NCBI GenBank assembly: GCA_938045545.1
Contig: CALIBN010000017.1
Location: 32,001 to 96,000, forward strand
Length of the DNA: 64,000 nt
Direction of reading: 5' to 3'
From: an uncultured archaeon
GTDB taxonomy: Archaea > Thermoproteota > EX4484-205 > JAAOZP01
This document shows, in pieces, positions 27,533-36,193 of the stretch. The notes under the pieces were generated by a model, which ran no database searches, had not been told where the DNA came from, and saw only the letters and a program-made list of their open reading frames with translations. How positions within the stretch are numbered: position 1 is the stretch's first letter; the number at the start of each line of letters is the position of its first letter. The position numbers and the translations under genes are program-made.

Positions 27533-28186
27533 ATGTGTTTAAACCAGTGTCCACAGGCGTTCCCATTCTTGACGATTTTAGAAATGCTCCTTCTCTGCCA
27601 CGCTGCTTTCCAAGACCTGGAGAAGAGGGAGCTCAATGCCTCCGCATGGCTTCCAATCCTCCTGCTCGGCCTCTCGGCTTTCACCTTTGAGCTGGCTTCA
27701 AACACGCTTCTCGAAGCCTTTTTCAAGCTTGTTCAAACCATAAGCCTCCTAGGATTGCTGCTCCTCCTAGGCCTCTATGGGCCTGGGGACGCGTTGATAC
27801 TGGTAGGCATATGCTTAACCCATGTTTCAACAACTATGCCCCTGCTGCATGGCGGCCTACTGAGGGTTTTCTACCCGGATTTCAGCCTGACTGTTCTTTT
27901 GAACGCTGAAATCCTTTCTTCAACAATCGTTGCTTCAAACCTTGTTCACAACCTGCGCTCCGGAGCCTGGGGCTCTTACCCCAGCGAGCCTTTTAAAAAG
28001 AGGATTATCCGCATGCTGCTGCTCAGGGCTGTGGGGAACGGTGAGTCTTCTCTGAAGGAGCTTGACATCGGCAGCACCGGGAAAGGAATAGTATTCGTTA
28101 AAAAGACTGTTCCACTCGCATTCTTCATTCTTCCAAGCTATTTGGCGACTCTTCTCTTCGGAAGCCTCCTCCCCCTACCGGCTTAG
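27533..28186 (+). CDS. Second A24 prepilin-peptidase-like membrane protein
   Basis: QDLEKRE and YGPGDA motifs, C-terminal VPLAFFI; start uncertain. Confidence 0.65.
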   Translation: MCLNQCPQAFPFLTILEMLLLCHAAFQDLEKRELNASAWLPILLLGLSAFTFELASNTLLEAFFKLVQTISLLGLLLLLGLYGPGDALILVGICLTHVSTTMPLLHGGLLRVFYPDFSLTVLLNAEILSSTIVASNLVHNLRSGAWGSYPSEPFKKRIIRMLLLRAVGNGESSLKELDIGSTGKGIVFVKKTVPLAFFILPSYLATLLFGSLLPLPA

Positions 28187-28231
28187 GGAGACAGTTTTCC
28201 AAGCAGCCTGGGGATTGAAAACATCCGAAGC

Positions 28232-28789
28232 TTAAGGTATGAATACTGCTGCCGCCACGACGGTCGTCCACATGCCGTCCTTATTGCCAACTGCGGACTG
28301 GGTTATGCTCATCGTTTTAACCCTGCGGCCGCTTATCTTCCATATCTCCTTCTGCTCATCCCAGCTCTTATCTATGTCGAACGGAACCCCGAGCGTGGAG
28401 GCGAGCATGAATGCTGCAAGGTCCTCAGCGTAGTCCCCAGCCTTCTTCTCAGTCTGGCCGAAAGAATGGTGCTCGCTCAAATAGCCGTAGCTCTCGTCGT
28501 CAAGAGGCTTAGCCATGCCTATTGAAGCCGCTATGAGCCTGTTAGGCTCGTTAGTCTCGTTCTTAGCCAGCACTACGAAGATTATCTGCCCCGGCTTAAG
28601 CTTGCTCAACCCCTCTTCTCTGCCTATAACCCTGCATCCCGGCGGTATGATGCTTGAGATCGGGACAAGGTTGAACTGGGCTATGCCAGCGTCCCTGAGA
28701 GCTATTTCGAAGGATGCGAGCCTCTCCCTGTGTACGCCTACTCCTTTAGTGAAGAACACTTCCCTCGGCACGAAACCGTATCCTTCCAT
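28232..28789 (-). CDS. pdaD: Pyruvoyl-dependent arginine decarboxylase
   Basis: LASFEIALRDAGI, NLVPISSIIPP self-cleavage site, GYLSEH motif. Confidence 0.93.
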   Translation of the reverse strand: MEGYGFVPREVFFTKGVGVHRERLASFEIALRDAGIAQFNLVPISSIIPPGCRVIGREEGLSKLKPGQIIFVVLAKNETNEPNRLIAASIGMAKPLDDESYGYLSEHHSFGQTEKKAGDYAEDLAAFMLASTLGVPFDIDKSWDEQKEIWKISGRRVKTMSITQSAVGNKDGMWTTVVAAAVFIP

Positions 28790-28967
28790 CCTTTAACTGT
28801 TGAAAGAGAAATCGTTAGAAAGGTTTAAGATAAAGTTTTCCCCCGTGCGTACCCGCAGAGTCTCGCCGGCTCGGAATGTGGACGAAGGCTGCAGGGCAAG
28901 GCGGGCTCTGTGAAGACAGGGCTGGTGAGCCTAGGGTTGACCGCTGAATACTTAGGGCGGCGGGCTG

Positions 28968-29660
28968 TTGGAAGTGTTGCTTAAAATGGCTGGCGGTAGG
29001 ATGGAAATGGGGAGGTTCGATCTCCACATTCATACTTTCTTCTCTAGGGATTCGCTTCTAGACCCGAGGCTGCTTCCTAAGGCGGCTGCTTCAAGGGGGC
29101 TCGCTGGCTTTGCTGTGACCGACCATGATTTTTTCGGAGCCCATAGGATGCTGGGGTCAAGCAGCCTCATAGTCGTGCCCGGGATGGAGATAAGGACTTC
29201 AGCGGGGGACATGATCGTTCTTTTCATACAGGAGCCCATCCAATCTAGAGACCCCTTCGAGGTTTACGACCTTGCTAGGGAGCAGGACGGCGTACTTATA
29301 GCGGCACACCCCTTCGGCTTCCCGAGGCTTGGCGGCAGCATGGGTGAGGAGGTTACGCGGCTTCTAGACGGCGTTGAAGTAGTTAACTCTAGGAATATTT
29401 TCAGGGGACAGAATGAGAAGGCTCTTAAGCTAGCCAGGAGGCTTGGGAAGGCTGAGACAGGGGGGAGTGACGCCCATACTTTGCGCGAGGTCGGTAAAGC
29501 CTATACTCTTGCAGCCGCCTCCAGCCTCGAGGAGTTGCGTACGGCGATCAGAAGCAGGATGACTAGGGGTGCAGGAGGCTTGAGCAGCCCCATTGTACAC
29601 TTAGCTAGCTTCTCAGCGAGCATTGTTCGCAAGCTAGCCCGCCAGCCTCGGTTTCTCTAA
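28968..29660 (+). CDS. PHP-domain phosphoesterase
   Basis: DLHIHT, TDHD, GMEI, AHPF and GGSDAH motifs; start probably near 29001-29007. Confidence 0.9.
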   Translation: MEVLLKMAGGRMEMGRFDLHIHTFFSRDSLLDPRLLPKAAASRGLAGFAVTDHDFFGAHRMLGSSSLIVVPGMEIRTSAGDMIVLFIQEPIQSRDPFEVYDLAREQDGVLIAAHPFGFPRLGGSMGEEVTRLLDGVEVVNSRNIFRGQNEKALKLARRLGKAETGGSDAHTLREVGKAYTLAAASSLEELRTAIRSRMTRGAGGLSSPIVHLASFSASIVRKLARQPRFL

Positions 29661-29753
29661 GCATCGTTCCTGAATATGCCCCTGGGTGTGAGGTCTCTCA
29701 AGGATGCGCAGGCCTAGAGGTGAAGCTTGTTAAAGGGTTCCTATCATTAATTG

Positions 29754-29778
29754 AAAAATAATAAAAAAAGAGGAGGGG
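29754..29778 (-). terminator. Poly-T terminator after the micro-ORF
   Basis: Minus strand reads cccctcctctttttttattattttt. Confidence 0.55.
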
Positions 29779-29793
29779 ATTTTAAAAGTCGCG

Positions 29794-29853
29794 TCAACAC
29801 TTCTTAGTTGTCTTCTTAGTTGTCTTCTTCTTAGCCTTTTTCTTAGCGGCCAT
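29794..29853 (-). CDS. 19-aa lysine-rich micropeptide MAAKKKAKKKTTKKTTKKC
   Basis: Clean ATG..TGA ORF; BRE/TATA (aaaaagtttaag) about 30 nt upstream; T-rich terminator downstream; below the ORF-track length cut-off. Confidence 0.65.
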   Translation of the reverse strand: MAAKKKAKKKTTKKTTKKC

Positions 29854-29881
29854 CTTCAGTAAAATATTATGCAAGCATACA

Positions 29882-29893
29882 CTTAAACTTTTT
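29882..29893 (-). promoter_or_regulatory. BRE/TATA promoter for the micro-ORF
   Basis: Minus-strand aaaaagtttaag about 30 nt before ATG 29853. Confidence 0.55.
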
Positions 29894-29921
29894 GTTTTTT
29901 AACTTTTTTACCAGCCGCGGC

Positions 29922-31088
29922 TCAGCCAGCTAAGCCGTCAAGGGTTTCCAGAAACTTCTCCTTCACCCCGACGGGTAGCACTCCTGATGCTGCAACACTG
30001 TGCCCGTCTCCAAAACCCCCGTGCTCAGCACAGGCTTCCGGAAGAATTTTTGACAACGGTGGTTTAACACCCTCCTCTATCATCCTCCTAAGTCTCGAAG
30101 GCGCTCTCGCCGACACTTTCACATAGTTACTCGCAAGCAGGCCGTAGCCAGGTATCTCCCTCGGAATCTCCATGAACCCGATCAAGTATTTACTTTCGTC
30201 GACAATCCTCTGATAGCTTAAGAAGGATGTGAAGCTTCCGAGAACCTTGCTGCCCATTCCCTTGAAAAAGCTGCCGGAGTCGAACCATTGCAGGCTCCTC
30301 TTCTCCCCCAGCCCCCTCCTGATTATCGTGGCTAGGAGAGCCTTGTTAGCCCTCCTCCTCTCCTCCTCGAGTTTTTCCGAGAGGCTCAGGGCCTCCGGTG
30401 TGAAGCCCTTTAAACAGGCTTCGAGAGCCTTCTGCACGCCTCCCCTGTAGTATCCCACTGAGGCGAGTATGGTGAGGATCTGGGAGGCATTAACCCTTGA
30501 GGTGCCGAAGCCCTTTGCGACTATCTTAAAGTCTTTCCCCCACTTTTTAACAACACCCGCTTTTAAAGAGTCTTCCAGCGCAATCCTGTTGAAGCCTGCT
30601 GGTTCACCAGGTGTTTCAACCGAGCCTATCACCGCCAGGTGGGAAATCCTGATTAAACCCTTGTCAACCTTCCTGGCGAAAAGATAGGCTACTGTCGAGG
30701 CTGAAGCGTCTCTCTCACCCCGGTACCCGTAGAGCTCAGGGTTCAGGTTTAGAACATTGCTTCTCCGAGAAGGCTGAGTATCATGGTGGTCAAGGACGAC
30801 CGCTAGGCAATCCTTCCCGATGTTCTCCTCTATCTTCCCAACGTGCGCTGAGCCGATGTCGCTGAACACCGTCACACGGTGCTCGGAGAGGATTTTCACA
30901 AGAACCTCTGGGAAAAGCTTGTCTAGGCAGAGGGTTTTAACGTTGAAACCCATTTTCTCAAGCGCTGTTTCAACTATCGCCGCTGAGCAAACCCCGTCGG
31001 CCTCGTCGTGGTGGATTAAAACGGCCTCTCCCACTCTGCGCCTAAGCTCCTCAACAGCCTTCGCAAGGCTTGCTTCAAACTGTTCCAA
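29922..31088 (-). CDS. DHH-family phosphoesterase (archaeal RecJ-like)
   Basis: HHDEADG, SDIGS, LDHH, KVSAR and GDGHSVAASG motifs. Confidence 0.88.
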   Translation of the reverse strand: MEQFEASLAKAVEELRRRVGEAVLIHHDEADGVCSAAIVETALEKMGFNVKTLCLDKLFPEVLVKILSEHRVTVFSDIGSAHVGKIEENIGKDCLAVVLDHHDTQPSRRSNVLNLNPELYGYRGERDASASTVAYLFARKVDKGLIRISHLAVIGSVETPGEPAGFNRIALEDSLKAGVVKKWGKDFKIVAKGFGTSRVNASQILTILASVGYYRGGVQKALEACLKGFTPEALSLSEKLEEERRRANKALLATIIRRGLGEKRSLQWFDSGSFFKGMGSKVLGSFTSFLSYQRIVDESKYLIGFMEIPREIPGYGLLASNYVKVSARAPSRLRRMIEEGVKPPLSKILPEACAEHGGFGDGHSVAASGVLPVGVKEKFLETLDGLAG

Positions 31089-31137
31089 GCCTGCTTATTG
31101 AGAAGCAGGAGGGAGAAATAAACATTAGAAACGGATA

Positions 31138-31350
31138 TGACACTCACCACGACCGAAGTCGGGGGATTTCCGGTTCGTCGCCCTTAGGAGCTCATCCTAC
31201 CGGGTTCAGGGCTGTGTCAATTCAGCCCCTGCCGTACGCATGTAACACATGGCTCGCTTCATAGTGTTCACCGAACCGTCGTGATTCCGGATGAGACATT
31301 CTAGCACCGCCTCCCGCGAGCTCTGAGCGATAGCCTTGCTAATGCTAGTG
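31138..31350 (-). mobile_element. IS200/IS605-family (tnpB-type) right-end remnant with an omegaRNA-like structure
   Basis: Minus strand ends gaaatcccccgacttcggtcgtggtgagtgtca, like IS1341-type right ends; upstream hairpins; degenerate RNHDGSVNTMKRA resembles the TnpB DRDxNAxxNI motif. Confidence 0.65.
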
Positions 31351-31676
31351 GTTTTCCTGTTGCGCGCTACTATGACCTGGCCCGTTTCACATATCTTCAG
31401 GAGGATGTCTTGAGATACGTTAAAGAGATTAACCCCTCGGGGTTCGTTGAGTTCATCCAGAAAAGCTTGGAGCGCATGCTACTAGCGCGATGTCGAAAAG
31501 GTCGCGGATACGATCATCTCAATGAAGAACGAAGTTGCAGGAGCCTAAGAGGGAGAGGCGATAGCATTACTGCCAAGAGTTAGTAGGGCAATACCGGTTA
31601 TTGTTACAAATATAACTGCTTCTCCGGGAAAGGGAAACGGATATAAGCATACGCGTAGCACTGTTAACGAGGATTC

Positions 31677-32618
31677 TTGCTGAGCGAGGAGATTGTTAAG
31701 GCTGTTGAAAAGGTTAAGCCCAGCATTGTTAACGTGAGCACTGTTAAAATGGTTTACGAGTTTTTCTTCTATGCTTTTCCTGTTCACGGCGTGGGTTCAG
31801 GCATAGTTGTCGACGAGGACGGCCTGTTCCTGACTAATCATCACGTTATAAGGGGTTCAGACCGTATTCAAGCATCCTTCTACGACGGGCTTATGACGGA
31901 GGGCCGGGTTGTAGGAGCCGACCCAAGCCTTGACATAGCCTTGATCAAGGTTGACGATGTGGGCCTTAAGCCTGCTGAGCTGGGCGACTCAGACACGCTT
32001 AGGGTCGGCGAGATAGTTATCGCAGTTGGGAACCCGCTCGGCCTCGCTGGCGAGCCGACCGTAACAATGGGTGTTGTAAGCGCTTTAGACAGGCAGATAG
32101 TTTCAAGGGATCTTTTCTTCCCCGAGCTTATTCAGACGGATGCTGCGATAAACCCCGGGAACAGCGGCGGGCCCCTGGTCAACCTTAAGGGCGAGGTTGT
32201 AGCGGTCAATACTGCAGTAATACCTTTTGCCCAGGGTATTAGCTTTGCAATACCCATAAGCTCCATCAAGCCCCTCATCGAATCCTTCAAGAAGTACGGC
32301 AGGATGGTTAAGCCCTGGCTCGGCGTTAAGTCGATAGACGTCAACAGGCAGATCGCAAGCTATTACTCGCTCGGCGTTGACTACGGGGCGCTCGTCGTGG
32401 AGGTTTCTCCGCGGAGCCCTGCTGAGAGAGCCGGCCTGAGGCCTGGGGACGTTGTCACCATGATAGACGGTAAGCCTGTTAAAAACTCAGCCTCCTTGGT
32501 GAGGGAGCTTAGGAGGAAATCCGTAGGCCAGAGGATAGAGCTCCTGATATACAGGGGTTACAGCAGGTATGTTGCTTCACCTGTTCTCGAGGAGGCCAGG
32601 TTTCAAACTCTCGGCTAA
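31677..32618 (+). CDS. htrA: HtrA/DegP serine protease with a PDZ domain
   Basis: TNHHV, DIAL and INPGNSGGPL motifs, C-terminal PDZ. Confidence 0.93.
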   Translation: MLSEEIVKAVEKVKPSIVNVSTVKMVYEFFFYAFPVHGVGSGIVVDEDGLFLTNHHVIRGSDRIQASFYDGLMTEGRVVGADPSLDIALIKVDDVGLKPAELGDSDTLRVGEIVIAVGNPLGLAGEPTVTMGVVSALDRQIVSRDLFFPELIQTDAAINPGNSGGPLVNLKGEVVAVNTAVIPFAQGISFAIPISSIKPLIESFKKYGRMVKPWLGVKSIDVNRQIASYYSLGVDYGALVVEVSPRSPAERAGLRPGDVVTMIDGKPVKNSASLVRELRRKSVGQRIELLIYRGYSRYVASPVLEEARFQTLG

Positions 32619-32636
32619 GCCTCTTCTAGAGTGACT

Positions 32637-33125
32637 CTACTTGACGGCGAGCTCCTGCATAAGGGTCTGAACAGCCTTCTTGCTTAGCTCCCTAGCAGCC
32701 TGGTCGAGAGTAACGTATTTCAAAGCCTCCTTCGGACAGTATTCGACGCACCTCGGGTAGCCGTGTTTCTCACAGTAATCGCATACAATGATCTTCCTCT
32801 TGTCGAGATGGAGCCTTATGACTCCGAAGGGGCATGTTTCAACACACCAGCCGCACCCGTTACACTTATTCTCTTCTACAACTATGATTCCACTGGGCTT
32901 CTGCGTTAAAGCGTCCCTCGGACATGCTTTGACGCAGGGAGGGTCCTCACACTTCCTGCAAGCTACAGCCAGGTTTAGGAAGGGCTCTATCCTTACAACC
33001 CTTATCCTGGACTTCTTAATGTTTAGAACGCCCTCGCTTACGAAAGAGCATATGTATTCGCATATCCTGCACCCGTTGCACTTGTCAGGGTCGCAGACAA
33101 TTATCTTCCTAAGCCTCGACTCCAA
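32637..33125 (-). CDS. 4x[4Fe-4S] ferredoxin subunit (AOR-associated, DmsB-like)
   Basis: Four Cys-cluster motifs; overlaps the aor stop. Confidence 0.9.
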   Translation of the reverse strand: MESRLRKIIVCDPDKCNGCRICEYICSFVSEGVLNIKKSRIRVVRIEPFLNLAVACRKCEDPPCVKACPRDALTQKPSGIIVVEENKCNGCGWCVETCPFGVIRLHLDKRKIIVCDYCEKHGYPRCVEYCPKEALKYVTLDQAARELSKKAVQTLMQELAVK

Positions 33126-34959
33126 CCTCTTCCGCCTCCTTGGATAAGCCGAGCTCTAAAAGCTTGCGTTTCAAAGGCACTCCGTTCCTGCTCCAGCCCC
33201 TGCACTCGTAGTAGCCGTCTAAAGCCTCCTCGTACTCCTCCCTCCTTATAACCGCCCCCTTGACGATGTCGTCGGGCAACGGGTCTTCGAAAGCCCTTGG
33301 AGGCGGGTAGTCGTCCTTCCTTGTCACGCCGCACTTAACGTTGAAGCATCTCGCGACATTATGTATTCTCTCCCCTGCCTTCAGGATCTGCTCGCCAGTC
33401 ATGCTTAAGCCTGTTACGAGCGTGTAGAGCTTCGCAAGCTCGCCCATGGACTTGAAGACTCCTCTGGTGAACTTGCATATTATCAGGGAGTCTATCACCG
33501 CATACTGGTTTTCACCATCGTAAACTATCTTCCCCCTGCTCTTATCAAGCCTAAGCCTGTCAACCTGGCCTTTGACATCAACCTGGTATGAGCCCGACCT
33601 AAGGTAGTCCGCACCCCTGTTTGAGACCGCGAAGCCCAGGGTTGATGTTTGGAGCGACCTTAACTCGTATGCAGCCCACTCAAGCCCTTTACAATGCACA
33701 GCGAACCTTTCAGAGCCCTTCCCAACTATTTGAGACGCCCTCCTGACTCCCTCGCTGAGCAGCATTCCAAGCCTACCCTCTTTAAGACACATTCTCCTAA
33801 GGGCTTCGAGCAGGGCCTCGTCATTGCCGAACCTGAGCTCAACGCCGTCAGTATCATCCTTCGTCAGAATGCCTCTTTCGAAACACTCCATAGCCCATCC
33901 AACCACGTTACCCGCGGAAATCGTGTCTACGCCAAGCGTGTCGCAAATCTCAACTGCCTTTGTTATAGTGTCTAGGCTACGTATGCCACAGTTGGGGCCA
34001 AGCAGCTCCAGACTCTCGTAGTCGACGCTTGAAACCGTGCCGGCATAAGCCTCCCTAGCTTGGTTAACATGGTCACAAGCTATGGGGCATCCTGCGCATG
34101 CAACTATCTTCTTAACGTGTGTTTTAAGCATCATCTCCCCGGAAACTTCCTCAGCATACTCAAACGTGCCCCTTTGGAAATTGTATGACGGCAAGCATCC
34201 CAGCTTGTCGTGCACGAGAATGTTCGCAGGAGTCCCATAAACCCTGTACTTCTCTGTTGCAGGCCCTTGGCAGCGCTCGTTCAACTCAGCTATGAACTTT
34301 ACGAGACCCTCTATATCGAATACTTCAACATCCTTTGTCCCTCGGGCTGCAACCGCCTTAAGGTTTTTAGAACCCATTACCGCGCCTAGGCCGCATCTGC
34401 CGACCTGCCTGTTCCTCTCGTTAGTAATGTTCGCCAGCCTAACCATTCTTTCGCCAGCCGGGCCTATTGAGGCTACTGTGAAAGACTCGTCTCCAAGCTC
34501 CTCCTTGATCATCTCCTCAGTCTCCCAAGTTGTCCTGCCCCAGATGCTGGAAGCGCTTCTAAGCTCAATATTCTCATCGTCAATAGTAAGGTAGACGGGT
34601 TTCTCAGACCTGCCTGTGAAAACAACACCATCCCAGCCTGCGCTCTTAAACTCTGACGCGAATAGGCCTGACGAGATTCCGAAGCCGAAAATACCCGTCA
34701 AGGGGGATTTCGCGAAAACAGCATACTTGTTGCCTGCTGAAGAGATCGTCCCTGCCAACGGGCCGGTCCACCAGATTAAAACGTTCTCGGGTGAAAACGG
34801 GTCCACCTCCGCTGGCTTAGGCATCATGTCGTAAAGCATCCTCGCCCCAAACCCGTAGCCACCTATGTAGTTTAGGGCGAAAGACTCGTCAACCCTGCCC
34901 ATGGAGGTCTTACCCCTTGTCAGGTCTATAATCAAGTATTTCCCAGCGTAGCCTTTCAA
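33109..34959 (-). CDS. aor: Tungsten-dependent aldehyde:ferredoxin oxidoreductase family
   Basis: KSPLTG, GAVMGSKNLKA, CAGCPIAC, DYES, DTLGVDTIS and DSLIICKF motifs. Confidence 0.93.
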   Translation of the reverse strand: MKGYAGKYLIIDLTRGKTSMGRVDESFALNYIGGYGFGARMLYDMMPKPAEVDPFSPENVLIWWTGPLAGTISSAGNKYAVFAKSPLTGIFGFGISSGLFASEFKSAGWDGVVFTGRSEKPVYLTIDDENIELRSASSIWGRTTWETEEMIKEELGDESFTVASIGPAGERMVRLANITNERNRQVGRCGLGAVMGSKNLKAVAARGTKDVEVFDIEGLVKFIAELNERCQGPATEKYRVYGTPANILVHDKLGCLPSYNFQRGTFEYAEEVSGEMMLKTHVKKIVACAGCPIACDHVNQAREAYAGTVSSVDYESLELLGPNCGIRSLDTITKAVEICDTLGVDTISAGNVVGWAMECFERGILTKDDTDGVELRFGNDEALLEALRRMCLKEGRLGMLLSEGVRRASQIVGKGSERFAVHCKGLEWAAYELRSLQTSTLGFAVSNRGADYLRSGSYQVDVKGQVDRLRLDKSRGKIVYDGENQYAVIDSLIICKFTRGVFKSMGELAKLYTLVTGLSMTGEQILKAGERIHNVARCFNVKCGVTRKDDYPPPRAFEDPLPDDIVKGAVIRREEYEEALDGYYECRGWSRNGVPLKRKLLELGLSKEAEEVGVEA

Positions 34960-34961
34960 CC

Positions 34962-35267
34962 CTATCCTCCTCCAGCTACCGAGGGTGCTAGAACAATCCT
35001 GTCTCCAGGCTTAATAAATTGCTCGCCCATCCTAGTTAGGTCAATAACCCTTCCGTTAACTATTATCAGGGAAGACTCCTCCATTGGCTTGCCATCAGGC
35101 CCTATGAATTCCGAGCGTAGATCAACCCCAATAGCCCTGCCCAGCTCCGTGACGATTTTGAGTAGACTTGTCCCTGGCTCGATACTGATCCTCATGCTTT
35201 TCCTTTTGAAGAGCTCGCGGAACCTCCCCACGAGCTCCAGCTCAACCTCGTTCAAAGCACTAGCCAA
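34962..35267 (-). CDS. moaD: MoaD/ThiS/SAMP ubiquitin-like sulfur carrier
   Basis: IIVNGR motif and C-terminal VAGGG; upstream of aor. Confidence 0.85.
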   Translation of the reverse strand: MASALNEVELELVGRFRELFKRKSMRISIEPGTSLLKIVTELGRAIGVDLRSEFIGPDGKPMEESSLIIVNGRVIDLTRMGEQFIKPGDRIVLAPSVAGGG

Positions 35268-35371
35268 ATATTCATGGAGAGCACGATATAAGACTTTCCG
35301 AGTGGGTTTAACTAGTCGTTAAACCGCTTCAAAAAGTTTTTCTACAGCGCTGGGAAGTCTTCCCCGGTTAA

Positions 35372-36193
35372 TTGACGGTAAGGCTGTCCGAGGATGCTTC
35401 TCTGCTAACCGTTGAGAGGCGTTTCTACACTGATTACGTTCGTCTAACCTTGGAAAGGGGCAAGTGTATTTTCTGCGACGTGTGCATCAGGGTATGCCCT
35501 AAAAATGCGATCAGGCTTGCGAAAAACGAGGATGGCTCGCTAACGCTTAAAATAGGGGAGGAATGTAGCCTATGCGGCGCGTGTGAACCATTCTGCCCAA
35601 CTAGTGCGATAACCATGACGGTTAACGGTAAGCGTTTTAACCCACTGGTTTCCTCAGGAGGCTTCCCCCTCTCTTTGCCTAAGATCAGGGTTGACCAAGC
35701 GAAATGCAGGAGCGATTGCTTCGAATGCTCTAGAGCCTGTCCAACCGGCGCGCTGAAGATAGACTCTGCGCACAACGTTAGGGTTGACGAGGAGAAGTGT
35801 TTAAGATGCCCATGGTGCGAAGATGCCTGCCCTGAGAAAGCGGTAAAGGTAAACTCCTTGTTCGAGGGAACAGCATTTATAGATGAGTCTAAATGTGAGG
35901 AGAAGTGCGACGCCTGCGTGGAAGCCTGTCCGACGAAAGCCATCTCTAAAACCGGCGGGAGAATAAGCATCAACCCCAGGTACTGTATACTGTGCAACGT
36001 CTGTGTCCATCTAGATGTCTGCAGGAATCACGCGATAACCGTGGTCAGGCGGAGGGTTCTTCACGGCGAGGGTTTCTCAGCAGTCTGGGCTAACGCTATT
36101 GAGAACCTTCTGGGCGGGAAACCCTTGGCGAGAGAGCTGGATGCTGAAGGCTACCGGAGGATAAGGAGGCTTATCGAGGAGGCTAGGCTCTGA
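35372..36193 (+). CDS. Polyferredoxin (FwdF-like)
   Basis: Six CxxCxxCxxxC-type motifs. Confidence 0.85.
   Translation: MTVRLSEDASLLTVERRFYTDYVRLTLERGKCIFCDVCIRVCPKNAIRLAKNEDGSLTLKIGEECSLCGACEPFCPTSAITMTVNGKRFNPLVSSGGFPLSLPKIRVDQAKCRSDCFECSRACPTGALKIDSAHNVRVDEEKCLRCPWCEDACPEKAVKVNSLFEGTAFIDESKCEEKCDACVEACPTKAISKTGGRISINPRYCILCNVCVHLDVCRNHAITVVRRRVLHGEGFSAVWANAIENLLGGKPLARELDAEGYRRIRRLIEEARL

Noticed and set aside
31360-31548. NPRG on the minus strand as a further TnpB motif
   Set aside because: The plus strand reads better as an unrelated gene remnant (YLQEDVLRYVKEINPSGF), so the match is likely coincidental
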